Shown here piece by piece: positions 28,802 to 28,865 of a stretch of 28,865 bases of DNA. Numbering within the stretch: the first letter of the stretch is position 1; each line of letters begins with the position of its first letter. This stretch comes from Sulfurimonadaceae bacterium (GTDB taxonomy: Bacteria; Campylobacterota; Campylobacteria; Campylobacterales; Sulfurimonadaceae): NCBI GenBank assembly GCA_041548245.1, contig JBFESZ010000016.1, positions 1 to 28,865 of the forward strand, read 5' to 3'. Position numbers and translations under genes: made by a program. The notes under the pieces are model-generated. The model saw only the letters and a program-made list of their open reading frames with translations. It was not told where the DNA came from and searched no databases.

Positions 28802-28851
28802 TCAAAGAATACATCTCTTTGTTCATAAAAAAACTATGAAAGGTCAAATCG

Positions 28852-28865
28852 ATGCCAAAAATGAA
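28852..28865 (+). CDS. rpmI: 50S ribosomal protein L35, first codons only (truncated by the window edge)
   Basis: SD AAAGGT 7 nt before ATG CCA AAA ATG AA = MPKM(K), the typical L35 N-terminus. rpmI normally follows thrS-infC. Only 14 nt are visible. Confidence 0.7.

Overview
Mostly core-genome DNA from a Campylobacterota bacterium, probably Sulfurimonas-like. The taxonomy is inferred from gene order (tig-clpP-GGDEF-def-comM, folE-fliI, nifS-nifU, thrS-infC) and a tRNA-Arg(UCG). In order, the window holds: a minus-strand tRNA operon (Pro, His, Arg, Arg, Leu, partial Leu), an NSS-family transporter, thiG, purN, nnrDE, a YeiH-family exporter, a hypothetical protein, comM, an unannotated 31-aa membrane peptide, def, a degenerate GGDEF protein, clpP, tig, folE, fliI, nifS, nifU, a PIN-PhoH protein, a 74-aa ORF, tRNA-Val, a small HTH protein, a GGDEF-EAL phosphodiesterase, thrS and infC. 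A five-gene cassette (LolA-like protein, two FtsX/MacB permeases, ATPase, beta-barrel) then separates infC from the start of rpmI. The most unusual items are: (1) a 93-bp pseudoknot-forming element flanked by GTAGA direct repeats in the rpmI leader, stop-free in two antisense frames; (2) the trans-envelope ABC cassette; (3) the small peptide gene with a structured transcript between comM and def; (4) a catalytically dead GGDEF protein that keeps its I-site, next to clpP; (5) a relic second nifU 3' end; (6) a tRNA-Val with C33. I saw no CRISPR array, integrase, transposase or prophage. All calls come from reading the sequence; no searches or folding programs were run.
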